From Somniosus microcephalus (lineage: Eukaryota), in the NCBI GenBank assembly GCA_052327205.1, contig CM126227.1:51398001-51462000 (forward strand): 64,000 bases of DNA, read 5' to 3'. The notes under the pieces were generated by a model. That model was given only the letters and a program-made list of their open reading frames with translations, was not told the DNA's origin and did not search any database. Position numbers and translations under genes: made by a program. Below are positions 48,205-61,801 of this stretch, one piece after another. Positions within the stretch are counted from its first letter, which is position 1, and each line of letters starts with the position of its first letter.

Positions 48205-51192
48205 TTGTGCAACAGGAGAGGGTCAATTAATAACCTTGTAGTAAAGGGGCCTTTAGGGAAGAGTGACCATAATATGATAGAATTTTATATTCAGTTTGAA
48301 AGTGATTTAGTTAAATCTGAAACTAGGGTCTTAAATTTAAACAAAGCAGGCTACGTAGGTATGAGGGGCAAATTGGCTAAGGTAGATTGGGAAGCTACAT
48401 TAAAAGGTATGGCAGTAGACAAGCAATGGCTTGCATTTAAAGAATTAATACATAATTTACAACAAATATACATTCCTTTAAGGCACAAAAACCCCACAGG
48501 AAAAGTGGTCCAACCGTGGCTAACAAGAGAAATTAAAGATAGTATTAGATCAAAGGAAGAGGCTTATAATGCTGCCAAAAAGAGTAGTAAGCCTGAGGAT
48601 TGGGAGGATTTTAGAATTCAGCAAAGGAGGACCAAGAAATTGATAAAGAAAGAGAAAATAGAATGAGAGTAAACTAGCAAGGGACATAAAAACAGACTGT
48701 AAAAGCTTTTATAGGTATGTAAAAAGGAAAAGATTAGCGAAAGTAAATGTGGGTCCCTTACAGGCTGAGACAGGAGAAATTATAATGGAGAATAAGGAAA
48801 TGGCAGTGAAATTAAACAAATATTTTGTGTGTCTTCACGGAAGACGCAAAAAACTTTATGAAAGGGAAATCATGTTTGTTGTAACTAGCAGAATAGAAAA
48901 GGGGGAACCAGTGGGTGTGGTGTATTTGGATTTTCAGAAGGCATTCAATAAGGTGCCACACAAGAGGTTATTAAACAAAATTAGAGCTCATGGAATTGGA
49001 GGTAATATACTTGCATGGATTGAGGATTGGTTAACGGACAGAAAACAGAGAGTAGGAATAAACGGGTCATTTTCGGGTTGGCAGGCTGTAACTAGTGGGA
49101 TACCACAAGGATCAGTTATCCACTTTGGTAGGAAAAACAGAAAAGCAGGGTATTTTTTAAATGGTGAGGGATTGTGTTCAGAGGGACCTGGGTGTCCTTG
49201 TATATGAATCACTGAAAGTTAACATGCAGGTACAGCAAGAAATTAGGAAAGCAAATGGTATGTTGGCCTTTATTACAAGACGATTTGAGTATAAGAGTAA
49301 AGACGTCTTACTGCAATTATATAGGGCCCTGGTGAGACCACACCTGGAGTATTGTGTACAGTTTTGGTCTCCTTACCTAAGGAAGGATATACTTGCCATA
49401 GAGGGAGTGCAACGAAGGTTCACCAGACTGATTCCTGGGATGGGGGGATTGTCCTATGAGGAGAGATTCATAGAGTCATAGAGTTATACAGCACAGAAAG
49501 AGGCCCTTCGGCCCATCGTGTCTGCGCCGCCCATCCATCCCTGTCCAGTCTAATCCCATTTTCCAGCATTTGGTCCATAGCCTTGTATGCAATGGCATTT
49601 CAAGTGCTCATCCAAATGCTTCTTGAATGTTGTGAGGGTTCCTGCCTCTACCACCCTTTTAGGCATTGAGTTCCACATTCCAACCACCCTCTGGGTGAAA
49701 AAGTTCCTCCTCAAATCCCCTCTAAATCTCCTGCCCCTTACCCTGAATCTATGCCCCCTTGTTATTGACCCCCCTACTAAGGGGAAAAGTTCCTCTTTGT
49801 CTACCCTATCTATGCCCCTCATCATTTTGTACACCTCAATCAGGTCCCCCCTCAGCCTTCTTTGCTCCAAGGAAAACAACCCCAGCCTGTTTAGTCTTTC
49901 TTCATAGCTGAGGCGCTCCATCCCAGGTAACATCCTGGTGAATCTTCTCTGCACCCTCTCCAGAGCAATCACATCCTTCCTATAGTGAGGCGACCAGAAC
50001 TGCACACAGTACTCCAGCTGTGGCCTCACCAGCGTTTTGTACAGCTCCATCATAACCTCCCTGCTCTTATATTCTATGCCACGGCTAATGAAGGCAAGTA
50101 TCCCATATGCCTTTTTAACCACCTTATCTACCTGTTCCGCTGCCTTCAGGGATCTATGTACATGTACACCAAGGTCCCTCTGACCCTCTGTACTTCCTAG
50201 GGTCCTACCACTCATTGTGTATTCCCTTGCCTTATTTGTCCGTCCAAAATGCATCACCTCGCACTTTTCAGGGTTAAATTCCATTTGCCACTTTTCCGCC
50301 CATCTGACCAACCCGTTTATATCGTCCTGTAGCCTGAGGCTTTCCTCCTCGCAATTTACCACCCCACCAATTTTCGTGTCATCTGCGAACTTACTGATCA
50401 TACCTTTTACATTCTCATCCAAATCATTTATGTAGATCACAAACAACAAGGGACCCAGCACCGATCCCTGAGGTACCCCACTGGACACAGGCTTCCAGTC
50501 ACAAAAGCAACCTTCGACCATCACCCTCTGCCTCCTGCCACTCAGCCAGTTTAGGATCCAACGCGCCAAGGCATCCTGGATCCCATGGGCTCTTACCTTC
50601 TTGACCAGTCTCCTATGCGGGACTTTGTCAAAAGCTTTACTGAAGTCCATGTAAACCACATCCACAGCATTTCCCTCATCCACCCCCCTAGTCACCCCCT
50701 TGAAAAATTCAATCAGATTTGTCAGACATGATTTACCCTTGACAAAGCCTGAGTAGATTGAGTAGACTAGGCCTATATTCTCTAGAGTTTAGAAGAATGA
50801 GAGGTGATCTCATTGAAACATACAAAATTCTTACAGGGCTTGACAGGGTAGATGCAGGGAGGATGTTTCCCCTGGCTGGGGAGTCTAGAACCAGGGGTCC
50901 CAGTCTCAGAATAAGGGGTCGGCCATTTAGGACTGAGATGAGGAGAAATTTCTTCACTCAGAGGGTGGTGAATCTTTGGAATTCTCTACCCCAGAGGGCT
51001 GTGGAGGCTCAGCCGTTGAATTTTTCAAGACAGAGATCGACAGATTTTTGGATATTAAGGGAATCAAGGGATATGGGGATAGTGCAGGAAAGTGGAGTTG
51101 AGGTAGAAGATCAACCATGATCTTATTGAATGGTGGAGCAAGCTCGAGGGGTCAAACGGTCTACTCCTGCTCCTATTTATTATGTTCTTATG
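48205..51192 (+). mobile_element. Internally deleted CR1 LINE (pieces 48205-49468 and about 50755-51192)
   Basis: PLGKSDHNMIEF endonuclease end, [38 protein letters not shown] peptides; CR1 tail. Confidence 0.88.
49469..50750 (-). mobile_element. Young 5'-truncated CR1 nested antisense in the older CR1
   Basis: Intact 381-aa RT C-terminal ORF (YMDFSKAFDKVPH, GVPQGSVLGP, FADD); (CTATGACT) tail; possible AGATT TSD. Confidence 0.92.
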
Positions 51193-52640
51193 TTTAGCAA
51201 ACACTCTGGGAGCCCAGAGATGGGCAGTCTTTATCCGAGGGTACCAAGAGAGAGAAGCAATGAGAGCTGTGAGATGCTAACAGTTATTTTGAAGGTGCTT
51301 AACATGGAGGGGAGAGGGAAGTCCTGCTAGACTAGTAATAGGCTAACTTGGTGCCATTTTTAGAAGAAAATTTAAAAAAAAGACCAATAATACCACAAAC
51401 CTATTAGTCCCAGACCAGGTAAAAAACTGAAACTATTTATCAAGTAGAAGAAGAAAAACTGTACTTATACAGAAACTTTCATATCCTCAGGATGCTTCAC
51501 TAATGAATACTTTGAAATTTAATCACTGTTGTTCTGTAACAACTTGAACCCGTCCAATCAGGTTTCCGCCCATAGCACTGAAATGGTTGTTATCAAAGTC
51601 ACAAAGGACATCCTATGTGACTGACCGTGGTAAACTATCCCTCCTCGTCCTTCTCAACCTGTCTGCAGCTTTTGATATGGTTGACCAGACCATCCTCCTC
51701 CAACGCCTCTCCTCCATCGTCCAGCCTGCCCTCGCCTGCTTCCATTCCTATCTATCCAGTCGTAGCTAGAGAAACTCCTGCAATGGCTTCTCTTCCCGCT
51801 CTCGCATGGTTACCTCTGGAGTCTCCCAAGGATCTATCCTTGGCCCCCACGTTCCCTCTATAAGCTGTGCGGTCGCGCTGCTTTCTGCCAGTCCTGCGCA
51901 GCCCACGACCGGCTTTTCTAATGTTGAATTTCACGCTTGCGCGGAACTGTAAAGGGGCCGTGCACCCAAAAAAAGAGGGGGAACATTGCTCGGCTCCCTC
52001 CTATTTCTCATTTACCTGCTGTCCCTCAGTGACATCACTGAAAACTCAATGTCAGGTTCCAGATGTACGCTGACGACACCCAGCTCTACTTCATCACCAC
52101 CTCTTTCGACCCCTCCACCGTCTCTGATTTGTCACGCTGCTGGTCTGACATCCAGTACTGGATGAGCAGATATGACCTCTTTGGCAACCGCCACAAACTC
52201 CGTTCCCTAGCCATTGACTGCAACCCTCTCCCTGGAAACTATCTAAGGCTGAACCAGACGGTTCCTAATCTCAGCGTCCTTTTTGACCCTGAGCTGAGCT
52301 TCCGACAGCATATCATAGCCACCAGCAAGACCGCCTACTACCACCTCCATAATATCGTCTGATTCCGCCCTTGCCTCAGCTCATCTGCTGCTGAAACCCT
52401 CATCATGTTACCTCTAGGCTCGTCTATTCTAAGGCTCTCCGAGCCGGCCTCCCATCCTACACAATCCGTAAATTTCAGCTCATCCAAAACTCTGCTGGCC
52501 GTATCCTAACTCGCACCTAGTCCCACTCACCCACCACCCCTGTGCTCACGGACACCTCAAGTTTAACATTCTCATCCTTGTGTTCAAATCCTTCCATGCC
52601 TCGCCCCTCCCTATCTCTGTAACCTCCTCAAGCCCTACAA

Positions 52641-55126
52641 TCTTCGGGGAACAGACAGGCGTTTCTGCGGCCGCAGACATGATTCCAGGATGGTATGTTG
52701 CCTCCCTGGTGCCAGGGTCAAGAATGTCACTGAGCGGCTGCAGAACATTCTGAGGGAGGAGGGTGAACAGCCAGAGGTCGTAGTCCATATCGGTACCAAT
52801 GACATAGGAAGAAAGAGGGATGAGGTCCTGCAGGCAGATTTTAGGGAGCTAGGAAAGAGATTAAAAAGGAGTACCTCAAAGGTAGTATTCTCCGGATTAC
52901 TCCGAGTGCCGCAAGCTAGTGAGTCTAGAAATAGGAGGATAGAGCAGATGAATGCATGGCTGGAGAGATGGTGCAGGAGGAGGGGCTATAGATTCCTGGG
53001 ACATTGGGTTGAGAACGGATCTGGCCCGGGTAAATTGTAGGCCAAACTGTAATCGAACAATGGGCTGTGTTTAAAGAGGAGATGGTTCGGGTACAGTCGA
53101 GGTACATTCCCACAAGGGGGAAAGGTAGGGCAACCAAAGCCAGAGCTCCCTGGATGACGAAAGAGATAGAGAGTAAGATGAAGCAGAAAAAGGGGGCGTA
53201 TGACAGATGTCAGGTTGAGAATACAAGTGAGAATCAGGCTGAATATAGAAAGTTCAGAGGGGAAGTGAAAAAGGAAATAAGAGGGGCAAAGAAAGAGTAT
53301 TAGAGTAGATTGGCAGCTAACATAAAAGGGAAAAGTCTTCTATAGGCATAGAAATAGTAAACAAAGTAGTAGGAGGAGGGGTGAGGCTGATTAGGGACCA
53401 AAAAGGAGACCTACGCATGGAGACAGAGAGCATGGCTGAGGTACTAAATGAGTACTTTGCATCTGTCTTTACCAAGGAAGAATATGCTGCTAAAGTCATA
53501 GTGAAAGAGGAGGTAGTTGAGATACTGGATGGAATAAAAATTGATAAAGAGGAGGTACGAGACAGGCTGGCTGTACTTAAAGTAGATAAGTCATCAGGAC
53601 CGGATTGAATGCATCCTAGGATGCTGAGGGAAGTAAAAGGTGGAAATTGCAGAGGTACTGGCCATAATCTTCCAATCCTCCTTAGATACGGGGATGGCGC
53701 CAGAGGACTGGAGCACTGCAAATGTTACACCCTTGTTCAAAAAAGGGTGGAAAGATGAACCCAGCAACTACAGTTTAACCTTGGTAGTGGGGAGCTTTTA
53801 GAAATGATAATCAGGGACAAAATTAACAGTCACTTGGACAAGTGTGGATTAATTAAGGAAAGCCAGCATGGATTTGTTACAGGCAAATCGTATTTAACTA
53901 ACTTGATTGAGTTTTTTGATGAGGTAACAGAGGGTTGATGAGGGCAATGCGGTTGGTTGATGTGGTATACATGGATTTCCAAAATGCGTTTGATAAAGTG
54001 CCACATAATAGGCTTGCCAGCAAAGTTGAAGCGCGTGGAATGAAAGGGACAGTGGCAACATGGATACGGAACTGGCTAAGTGACAGGAAACAGAGTAGTG
54101 CTGAATGGTTTTTCTTCAGACTGGAGGAAAGTACACAGTGGTCTTCCACAGGAGTCGGTACTAGGGCCACTGCTTTTCTTGATCTATATTAATGACTTAG
54201 ACTTGTGTGTACAGGGCACAATTTCAAAATCTGGAGATGGCACAAAACTTGGAAGTATAGTGAACAGTGAGGAGGAGAGTGATAGACTTCAGGAGGCTGG
54301 TGGATTGAGTGGACAGGTGGCAGATGAAATTTAATGCAGAAAATTGTGAAGTGATACATTTTGGTAGGAAGAATGAGGAGAGGAAATATAGACTAAAGGG
54401 TACAATCCTAAAGGGGGTATATGAACAGAGAGCCCTGGGGGTATATGTGCACAAATCATTGTAAATGGCAGGGCAGGTTGAGAAAAGATTTAAAAAAGCA
54501 TACGGGATCCTGGGCTTCATAAATAGAGGCATAGAGTACTAAAGCAAGGAAGTGATGATGAACCTTTATAAAACACTGGTTTGGCCTCAACTGGAGTATT
54601 GTGTCTAATTCTTTAGGAAGGATGTGACGGCCTTAGAGAGGGTGCAGAAAAGATTTACAAGCATGGTTCCAGGATGAAGGACTTCAGTTATGTGGATAGA
54701 CTGGAGAAGCTGGGGTTGTTCTTCTTAGAGCAGAGAAGGTTGAGAGGAGATTTAATAGAGGTGTTCAAAATCATGAGGGGTCTAAACAGAGTAGATACAG
54801 AGAAACTGTTTCCACTGGTGGAAAGGTCGAGAACCAGAGGACATAATTTAAGGCGATTGGCAGACAAACCAAAGGCGACATGAGGAAAAACTTGTTTACG
54901 CAGTGAGTGGTTAGGATCTGGAATGTACTGCCTGAAAGGGTGGTGGAGGCAGATTCAATCGTGGCTTTCAAAAGGGAATTGGATAAGTACTTGAAGGAAA
55001 AAATTTGCAGGGCTACGGGGAAAGGGCGGGGGAGTGGGACTAGCTGAAGCGCTCTTGCAGAGAGCCGGCACGGGCTCGACGGGCCGAATGGCCTCCTTCT
55101 GTGCTGTAACCATTCTATGATTCTAA
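52641..55126 (+). mobile_element. Decayed CR1 with SGNH-esterase ORF1 fragment and ORF2 remnants
   Basis: CLPGARVK...VVVHIGTNDIG ORF1 peptide (52690..53040) followed by frameshifted ORF2; CR1 tail CATTCTATGATTCTA. Confidence 0.85.
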
Positions 55127-55390
55127 TCCTCCCGAGATATCTGCGCTCCTCCAATTCTGGCCTCTTGTGCAACCCTGATTATCATTGCTCCACCACTGGC
55201 GGCCGTGCCTTCAGCTGCCTGGGCCCTAAGCTCTAGAATCCCCTCCCTAAACCTCTCCGTCGCTCTATCTCTCTCCTGCTTTAAACTGTTCCTTAAAACC
55301 TGCCTCTTTGACCAAGCTTTTGGTCATCTGCCCTAACAGCTCCTTATGTGGCTCGGTGTCAGAAATGTCTGTATTGGGACATTGTGCTAT

Positions 55391-57219
55391 GTTAAGAGCA
55401 AGAGGATAACTAAAGAAAGGGTAGGGTCTATTCGTGATCATGAGGGTAATCTGCGTGTGGAGGCGGGAGACGTCGGTAGGGTTCTTAATGAATACTTTGC
55501 ATCTGTTTTCACAAAGGAGTGGGGCGAAGCAGACATTGCTATCGGGGGGGGGGGAGGGAGTGTGAAATATTAGATGAAATAAACATAGTGAGAGAGGAAG
55601 TATTAAAGAGTTTAGCAGCTTTAAAAGTGGATAAATCCCCAGGCCCAGATGAAATATCTCCAGGCTGTTATGCAAAGCAAAAGAGGAAATAGCAGAGGCC
55701 CTGACCATCATTTTTCAATCCTCTCTGGCTTCAGGTGTGGTGCCGGAGGTCTGGAGGATTGCTAATGTGATACCTTTGTTTAAAAAGGGAGAAAAGGATA
55801 GACCGAGTAATTACAGGCCAGTCAGCCGAACCTCGGTGGTGGGAAAATTATTGGAAAGAATTCCGAAAGACACGGATTAATCAAGGATAGTCAGCATGGA
55901 TTTGTTACGGGAAGGTCGTGTCTGACAAACTTGATTGAATTTTTTGAGGAGGTAACAAAGTGGGTCGATGAGGGTAGTGCGTTTGATGTAGTGTATATGG
56001 ACTTTAGCAAGGCTTTTGATAAGGTTCCACATGGCAGACTGGTCACGAAGTTAAAAGCCCATGGGATCCAGGGCAAAGTGTCAAGTTGGATTCAAAACTG
56101 GCTCAGAGACAAGCAGTGAGTTCCAGACCCCCACAACCCTCTGGGTGAAGAAATTTCCCCTCAAATCAGGTTAATGGGTGTTTTTGTGACTGGAAGGCTG
56201 TTTCCAGTAATTCCGCAAAGCTCAGTACTAGGTCCCTTGCTTTTTGTGGTATATATCAACGATCTTGACTTGAATTTAGGGGGTATGATTAAGAAGTTTG
56301 TAGATGATACTAAAATCGGCTGTGTGGTTGATACTGAAGAAGGAAGCTGTAGACTGCAGGAAGATATCAATAAATTGGTCAGGTGGGCAGAACAGTGGCA
56401 AATGGAATTCAATCCGGAGAAGTGTGAAGTAATACATTTGGGGAGGGCTAACAAGGAAAGGAAATACACATTAAATGGTAAGAACTGAGTAGTGTAGAGG
56501 AACAAAGGGACCTTGGAGTGCATGTCCACAGATCCCTGAAGGTAGCAGGCCAAGTAAATAAGGTGGTTAAGAAGGCATACGGAATGATTGCCTTTATTAG
56601 CCGTGGCATAGAATACAAGAGCAGGGGGGGTTATGCTTCAACTGTATAAAACACTAGTTAGGCCTCAGCTAGAGTATTGCATGCAGTTCTGGTCACCACA
56701 TTACAGGAAAGATGTGATTGCACTAGAGAGGGTACAGAGGAGATTTACAAGGATGTTGCTGGGAGTAGAGAATCTTAGCTATGAGGAAAGACTGGATAGG
56801 CTGGGTCTGTTTTCCTTGGAACAGAGGAGGCTGAGGGGAGACCTTATTGAGGTGTATAAAATTATGAGGGGCATAGATAAAGTGGATAGAAAGGACCTAT
56901 TTCCCTTAGCAGAGGGGTCAAAAACCAGGGGGCACAGATTTAAAGTAATTGGGGGAAGGTTTAGAGGGGATTTGAGGGGAAATGTCTTCACCCAGAGGGT
57001 TGTGGGGGTCTGGAACTCACGGCCTGAAAGGGTGGTAGAGGCAGGAACCCGAACCACATTTAAAAAGTACTTGGATGTGCCCTTGGGATGCTGTAACCTG
57101 CAGGGCTACGGACCAAGAGCTGGGAAGTGGGATTAGGCTGGATAGCTCTTTTTTGACCGGCGTGGACACGATGGACTAAAATGGCCTCCTTCCGTGCTGT
57201 AACTTTCTATGATTCTATG
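55391..57219 (+). mobile_element. 5'-truncated CR1 ORF2 remnant
   Basis: LNEYFASVFT, YMDFSKAFDKVPH, LYKTLVRPQLEYC peptides; (TTCTATGA)n tail. Confidence 0.88.
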
Positions 57220-58407
57220 TTAAAGGCGCTATATAAATGCGAGTTGTTGTTGTCGGGGCATGTGGCTGCTAACTTGTGCATAGCAAGGAAATCATTTAAA
57301 TGAGGTAAATGAACAGTTAATCTATTTTTGGTGGTGTTGGTTGAGGGATAAATGTTGACATCTCAATCGCTGACTTCTACTTCCCTCCAATCCATTACTC
57401 CGACTGTAACTCCTATCGTGTCTCAATCCCTCACCCCACCACACCTCAAACCCTTAACAAAATTACAGGATTACCCTACTGAGCTATTTTGCCAACATAA
57501 ATGTTACTTCACTTCAGAGCAATGCATGGTATGTGAAGTGCTTGAGGTTTAGTCAATGGTGAATCATGATCGTGATTCGAAGCTCTTCCACTGAAACCAG
57601 ACCCTGCACTCTCTTCTCTTTGTTTTGAGATTCACTCTAAACATTGCTAAACCCATTTCCCACCTCACACCAAGTACAATCCAGAGGGAGGAACTGTGAT
57701 TGCTCTCCATTGCTGCACTGATACAGGCTCAGAACTGTACGGAATGAGGCTCTACGACTGAAACCAAACCACAAGCACGAGTTAGAAAGAAACCTATTCT
57801 GATGGGTGTGAGCATAACAAACGCACCTGATTGGACAGAGAGAGGCTGATGGTAAATTGCACCCTTTATCCCAGACACATTCCGAGAGCTACTGAACCAT
57901 AGAAACATTTGGCAACAATAAGGTTATTAAATTGAACCCGCTGGTCAGATTGTAATTGAATTGTGGTATCTCTGTGGTGTGAGCCGATATTAAAGGTCTC
58001 CCAGGAATGAGATTGAAGCAGATTCCGTGTGTTTTCCGTCGCTCAGCAGTTATCTCATTGCAAGATCACTCCCCTCAGTAGACCTGCTTTAGGTGGGGAA
58101 TCTTTGACTGCCAGGCTCACAGGACTTCAAAACAGTAAATAAAAATACACCAGCACCAAATCCTGTCAATTCTTCCGCACTGAACTTCCTGGTCGTATTT
58201 GTACCTTTTTCAGTAACAGACAGAGAATTCCCACCATACTGATGAGGCTCGCCTGCCATTACTGAATCGGAAAAGGGAACTTTAACGAGGAAATAGAGGC
58301 TTTAGTGCAAGAATGCCATTGGTTCTCCAGAAAAGCTAACTTCTGCTCTCGCCCCGGCTCTTCCGACACAATCGCTAACTCCTCCGACACAATCGGCGGG
58401 TCTTCCA

Positions 58408-58895
58408 ACAACAATAATTTGCATTTATGTAGCGCCTTTAACGTAGTAAAACATCTCAAGGCGTTTCACAGGAGCTTTATCAAACAATACTTGACACTGA
58501 GCCACATGCGGAGATATTAGGAAAGATGACCAAAAGCTTGGTCAAAGATGTGGGTTTTAAGGATCGTCTTAAAGGAGAGAGAGGTAGAGAGGTGGAGAGG
58601 TTTAGTGGAGGGAATTCCAGAGCTTAGGGCTTCAGCAGCTGAAGGCACAGCCACCAATGGTGGAGCGATTAAAATCGGGGATGCTCTAGAGGCCAGAATT
58701 GGAGGAGCGCAGCGATCTTGAAAGCTTGTAGGGTTGGAGGAGGGTACAATGTAGGGAGGGGCGAGGCCATGGAGGGATTTGAAAACAAGGATGAGAATTT
58801 TAAAATTGAGGCGTTGCTTAACTGGGAGCCAATGTAGGTCGGTGAGCACAGGGTTGATGGATGAACAGGATTTGGTGCGAGTTAGGACACGGGTA
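58408..58895 (-). mobile_element. L2 LINE 3' fragment
   Basis: PVLTDLHWLPVKQRLNFKILILVFKSLHGLAPPY peptide and L2 tail. Confidence 0.82.
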
Positions 58896-59299
58896 GCAGA
58901 CACTATTGCCAACTCCACCGACACTATCGCCAACTCCTCCTGAAAGGGCAGTGTGCTGACCCAGTCCCATGAATGTGTCACTGCTCCCATTTTTCAAATT
59001 CCTTCAAGTGACTTTCAAGTTGACTTCAGACACCAGTTTTAGATTTTCCCACTCCCATCTCTTCACTGCCTCCATCTGAACTGTCTGGGCCAACAGCCTT
59101 AGCACCTCACTGACCATGTCCAGTACACACAAAATAGCAATTGTCCCACAGGAGTCACTGCAGAATTTTTCTCTCCCTCGTCTAAAGACTCTGAGAGCAG
59201 TTGTAGAGCAGGTGAAACTGGAACAACCAAGTTTAAAGTGAAGACATACAAAATAATCAGGGACATTGACTGAACAGAGCCAAAGGCTGTGGCTGGAAC

Positions 59300-60355
59300 C
59301 AGGCGCTAGACAGAACCGGCGCCAGGGCTAGACAGGACCGGAGCCAGGGCTAGACAGGACCGGAGCCAGGGCTAGACAGGACCGGAGCCAGGGCTAGACA
59401 GGACCGGAGCCAGGGCTAGACAGGACCGGAGCCAGGGCTAGACAGGACCGGAGCCAGGGCTAGACAGAACCGGAGCCAGGGCTAGACAGGACCGGAGCCA
59501 GGGCTAGACAGGACTGGAGCCAGGGCTAGACAGGACCGGAGCCAGGGCTAGACAGGACCGGAGCCAGGGCTAGACAGGATCGGAGCCAGGGCTAGACAGG
59601 ACCGGAGCCAGGGCTAGACAGGACCGGAGCCAGGGCTAGACAGGACCGGAGCCAGGGCTAGACAGGACCGGAGCCAGGGCTAGACAGGACCGGAGCCAGG
59701 CGCTAGACAGGACCGGAGCCAGGGCTAGACAGGACCGGAGCCAGGCGCTAGACAGGACCGGAGCCAGGGCTAGACAGGACCGGAGCCAGGGCTAGACAGG
59801 ACCGGAGCCAGGGCTAGACAGGACTGGAGCCAGGGCTGAGCAAGGCTGGTCGGAACAGGGCTAGACAGGACTGGTCAGGACAGGGCGGGAGCCAGGGCTG
59901 GTCAGGACAGGGCGGGAGCCAGGGCTGGTCAGGACAGGGCGGGAGCCAGGGCTGGTCAGGACAGGGCGGGAGCCAGGGCTGGTCAGGACAGGGCGGGAGC
60001 CAGGGCTGGTCAGGACAGGGCGGGAGCCAGAGCGGGACGGGATGGAGCGGGAGCCAGAGCTGAGCAAGGCTGGTCGGGACAGGTCAGGAGCCACGGCTGG
60101 AGCGAGGCGGGACAGTGTGGGTGCGGGACGGGATGGAGCGGGAGCCAGAGCTGAGCAAGGCTGGTCGGGACAGGTCAGGAGCCACGGCTGGAGCGAGGCG
60201 GGACAGTGTGGGTGCGGGACGGGATGGAGCGGGAGCCAGAGCTGAGCAAGGCTGGTCAGGACAGGTCAGGAGCCACGGCTGGAGCGAGGCGGGACAGTGT
60301 GGGTGCGGGACGGGGCGGGAGCCAGGGCTGGACGGGACGGAGCGGGAGCCAGAGC
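59300..60355. repeat. Compound minisatellite: 22-bp, 27-bp and 91-bp units sharing a GGAGCCAG core
   Basis: 22-mer about 59310-59838, 27-mer about 59870-60030, 91-mer about 60031-60350. Confidence 0.93.
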
Positions 60356-60514
60356 TGTGCAGTCCAATTGTGAAAGCAACTGGCATTTTCAACAATGACC
60401 AAAAGCTGTAGTTTTCTACCTAGATCAGTACACTTCAACAGGCTGCTCACCACAATCCTCATTGAAACCCACCCACCAGCCACCTACATGTAAAACACTA
60501 CAAACCCAAACCCA

Positions 60515-61135
60515 CCCGAACAATTCAACAATTTCAGACTATAAATTGGCCCCTGTATTTCTTTATATTTTGTTTCTCTTGTTTCCTCACATGGTAGCTG
60601 TTAATGTTGCTGCCATCATCATTCACACATCATCTAGAGCCATCTTTTGTTTCTTAACTTGTCCCATTACCATCTCCTTCTGTCCCTGCTTAAAAATCTC
60701 TCCTTCCTAACCTTTTCCAGTTCTGACGAAGAGTTCGACCCAAAACATTGACTCTGTTTCTCTCTCCTCGATGCTGCCTGATCTGCTGAGTGTTTCCAGC
60801 ACTTTCTGTTGTTATTCCAAACCCACCCTACCTGAGTGTAACCCTGCCAAACCCACCCTACCTGAGTGTAACCCTGCCAAACCCACCCTACCCGAGTGTA
60901 ACCCTGACAAACCCACCCTACCTGAGTGTAACCCTGCCAAACCCACCCTGCCTGAGTGTAACCCTGCCAAACCCACCCTACTTGAGTGTAACCCTACCAA
61001 ACCTTAATACAAAAGAAAATACTGCAGATGCTGGAAATCTGAAATAAAAACAGAAAGGTCGTCGGCCTGAAACGTTAACTGTTTCTCTCTTCACTGAACT
61101 GCTGAGTTTCTCCAGCATTTTCTGTTTTTATTCCT
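60515..61135 (+). mobile_element. Penelope-like element terminal fragments with degenerate hammerhead-like core, interrupted by a 30-bp minisatellite (about 60817-61000)
   Basis: AATTCAACAATTTCAGACTATAA matches the ORF end at 63645-63667; CTGACGA..CAAAAC core at 60723; family motif CTGCTGAGT...CCAGCA..TTTCTGTT. Confidence 0.65.
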
Positions 61136-61801
61136 GCCAAACCCTATCCTGCATTTAACCATGTTTAACACAGAACCAAACCCGCCATTGTCACCCCCCC
61201 GCCACATATAACACATGGCCAAACCCACTCTGTATAACCAGTAGCTGGGTGTATAGTCCGTGAAGTCATGTGAGCACTGTGAAATTTATCTAATTCTTCC
61301 AAAATTGCTGTAAAGCATGATAAAATTAACAGATCTCTTGACTTCACACATTCTTGATAACTAGTGAGAAATATGCAAACCTGACTATTAAAGAAAAACA
61401 ATGGCTGAGAAGCCAAACTTTCGCTTCAATACATCTGATCTACTTGAAGACAATGGATCAACTATTAACCTGAAGTAACTCAACCAGCCTCCCATCGAGC
61501 AGCACCATTCAGCTCCTGACACGCTGCTTTTCTATTGGGTACAGTCCTGTGAGGACCACTGCTCCCAATATGCAGGCCTTGTGCAGATGGCAGCAATTCC
61601 CAAATAAACTTGCTGGATTGGCTAAGGCCGGCCCCATGGAGATCGATTCAGGCCGTCGCACCTCTATATCAACTCAGCTACAGAGCGCAACGGCACATTC
61701 AATACCTCCCACCTACTGACAGCTCTTCAAATATTACCTCTCAGCTCATAAACGTGTGACCTGATAACAATCTGAACTTACAGAGCCCTGCCAGTTAAAT
61801 T

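Larger units (their letters stand above)
51540..57252 (+). mobile_element. L2 LINE remnant fragmented by CR1 insertions (pieces about 51540-52640, 55127-55390, 57220-57252)
   Basis: LLVLLNLSAAFDMVD, YADDTQLY peptides; L2 tail GGCGCTATATAAATGCGAGTTGTTGTTG. Confidence 0.75.
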
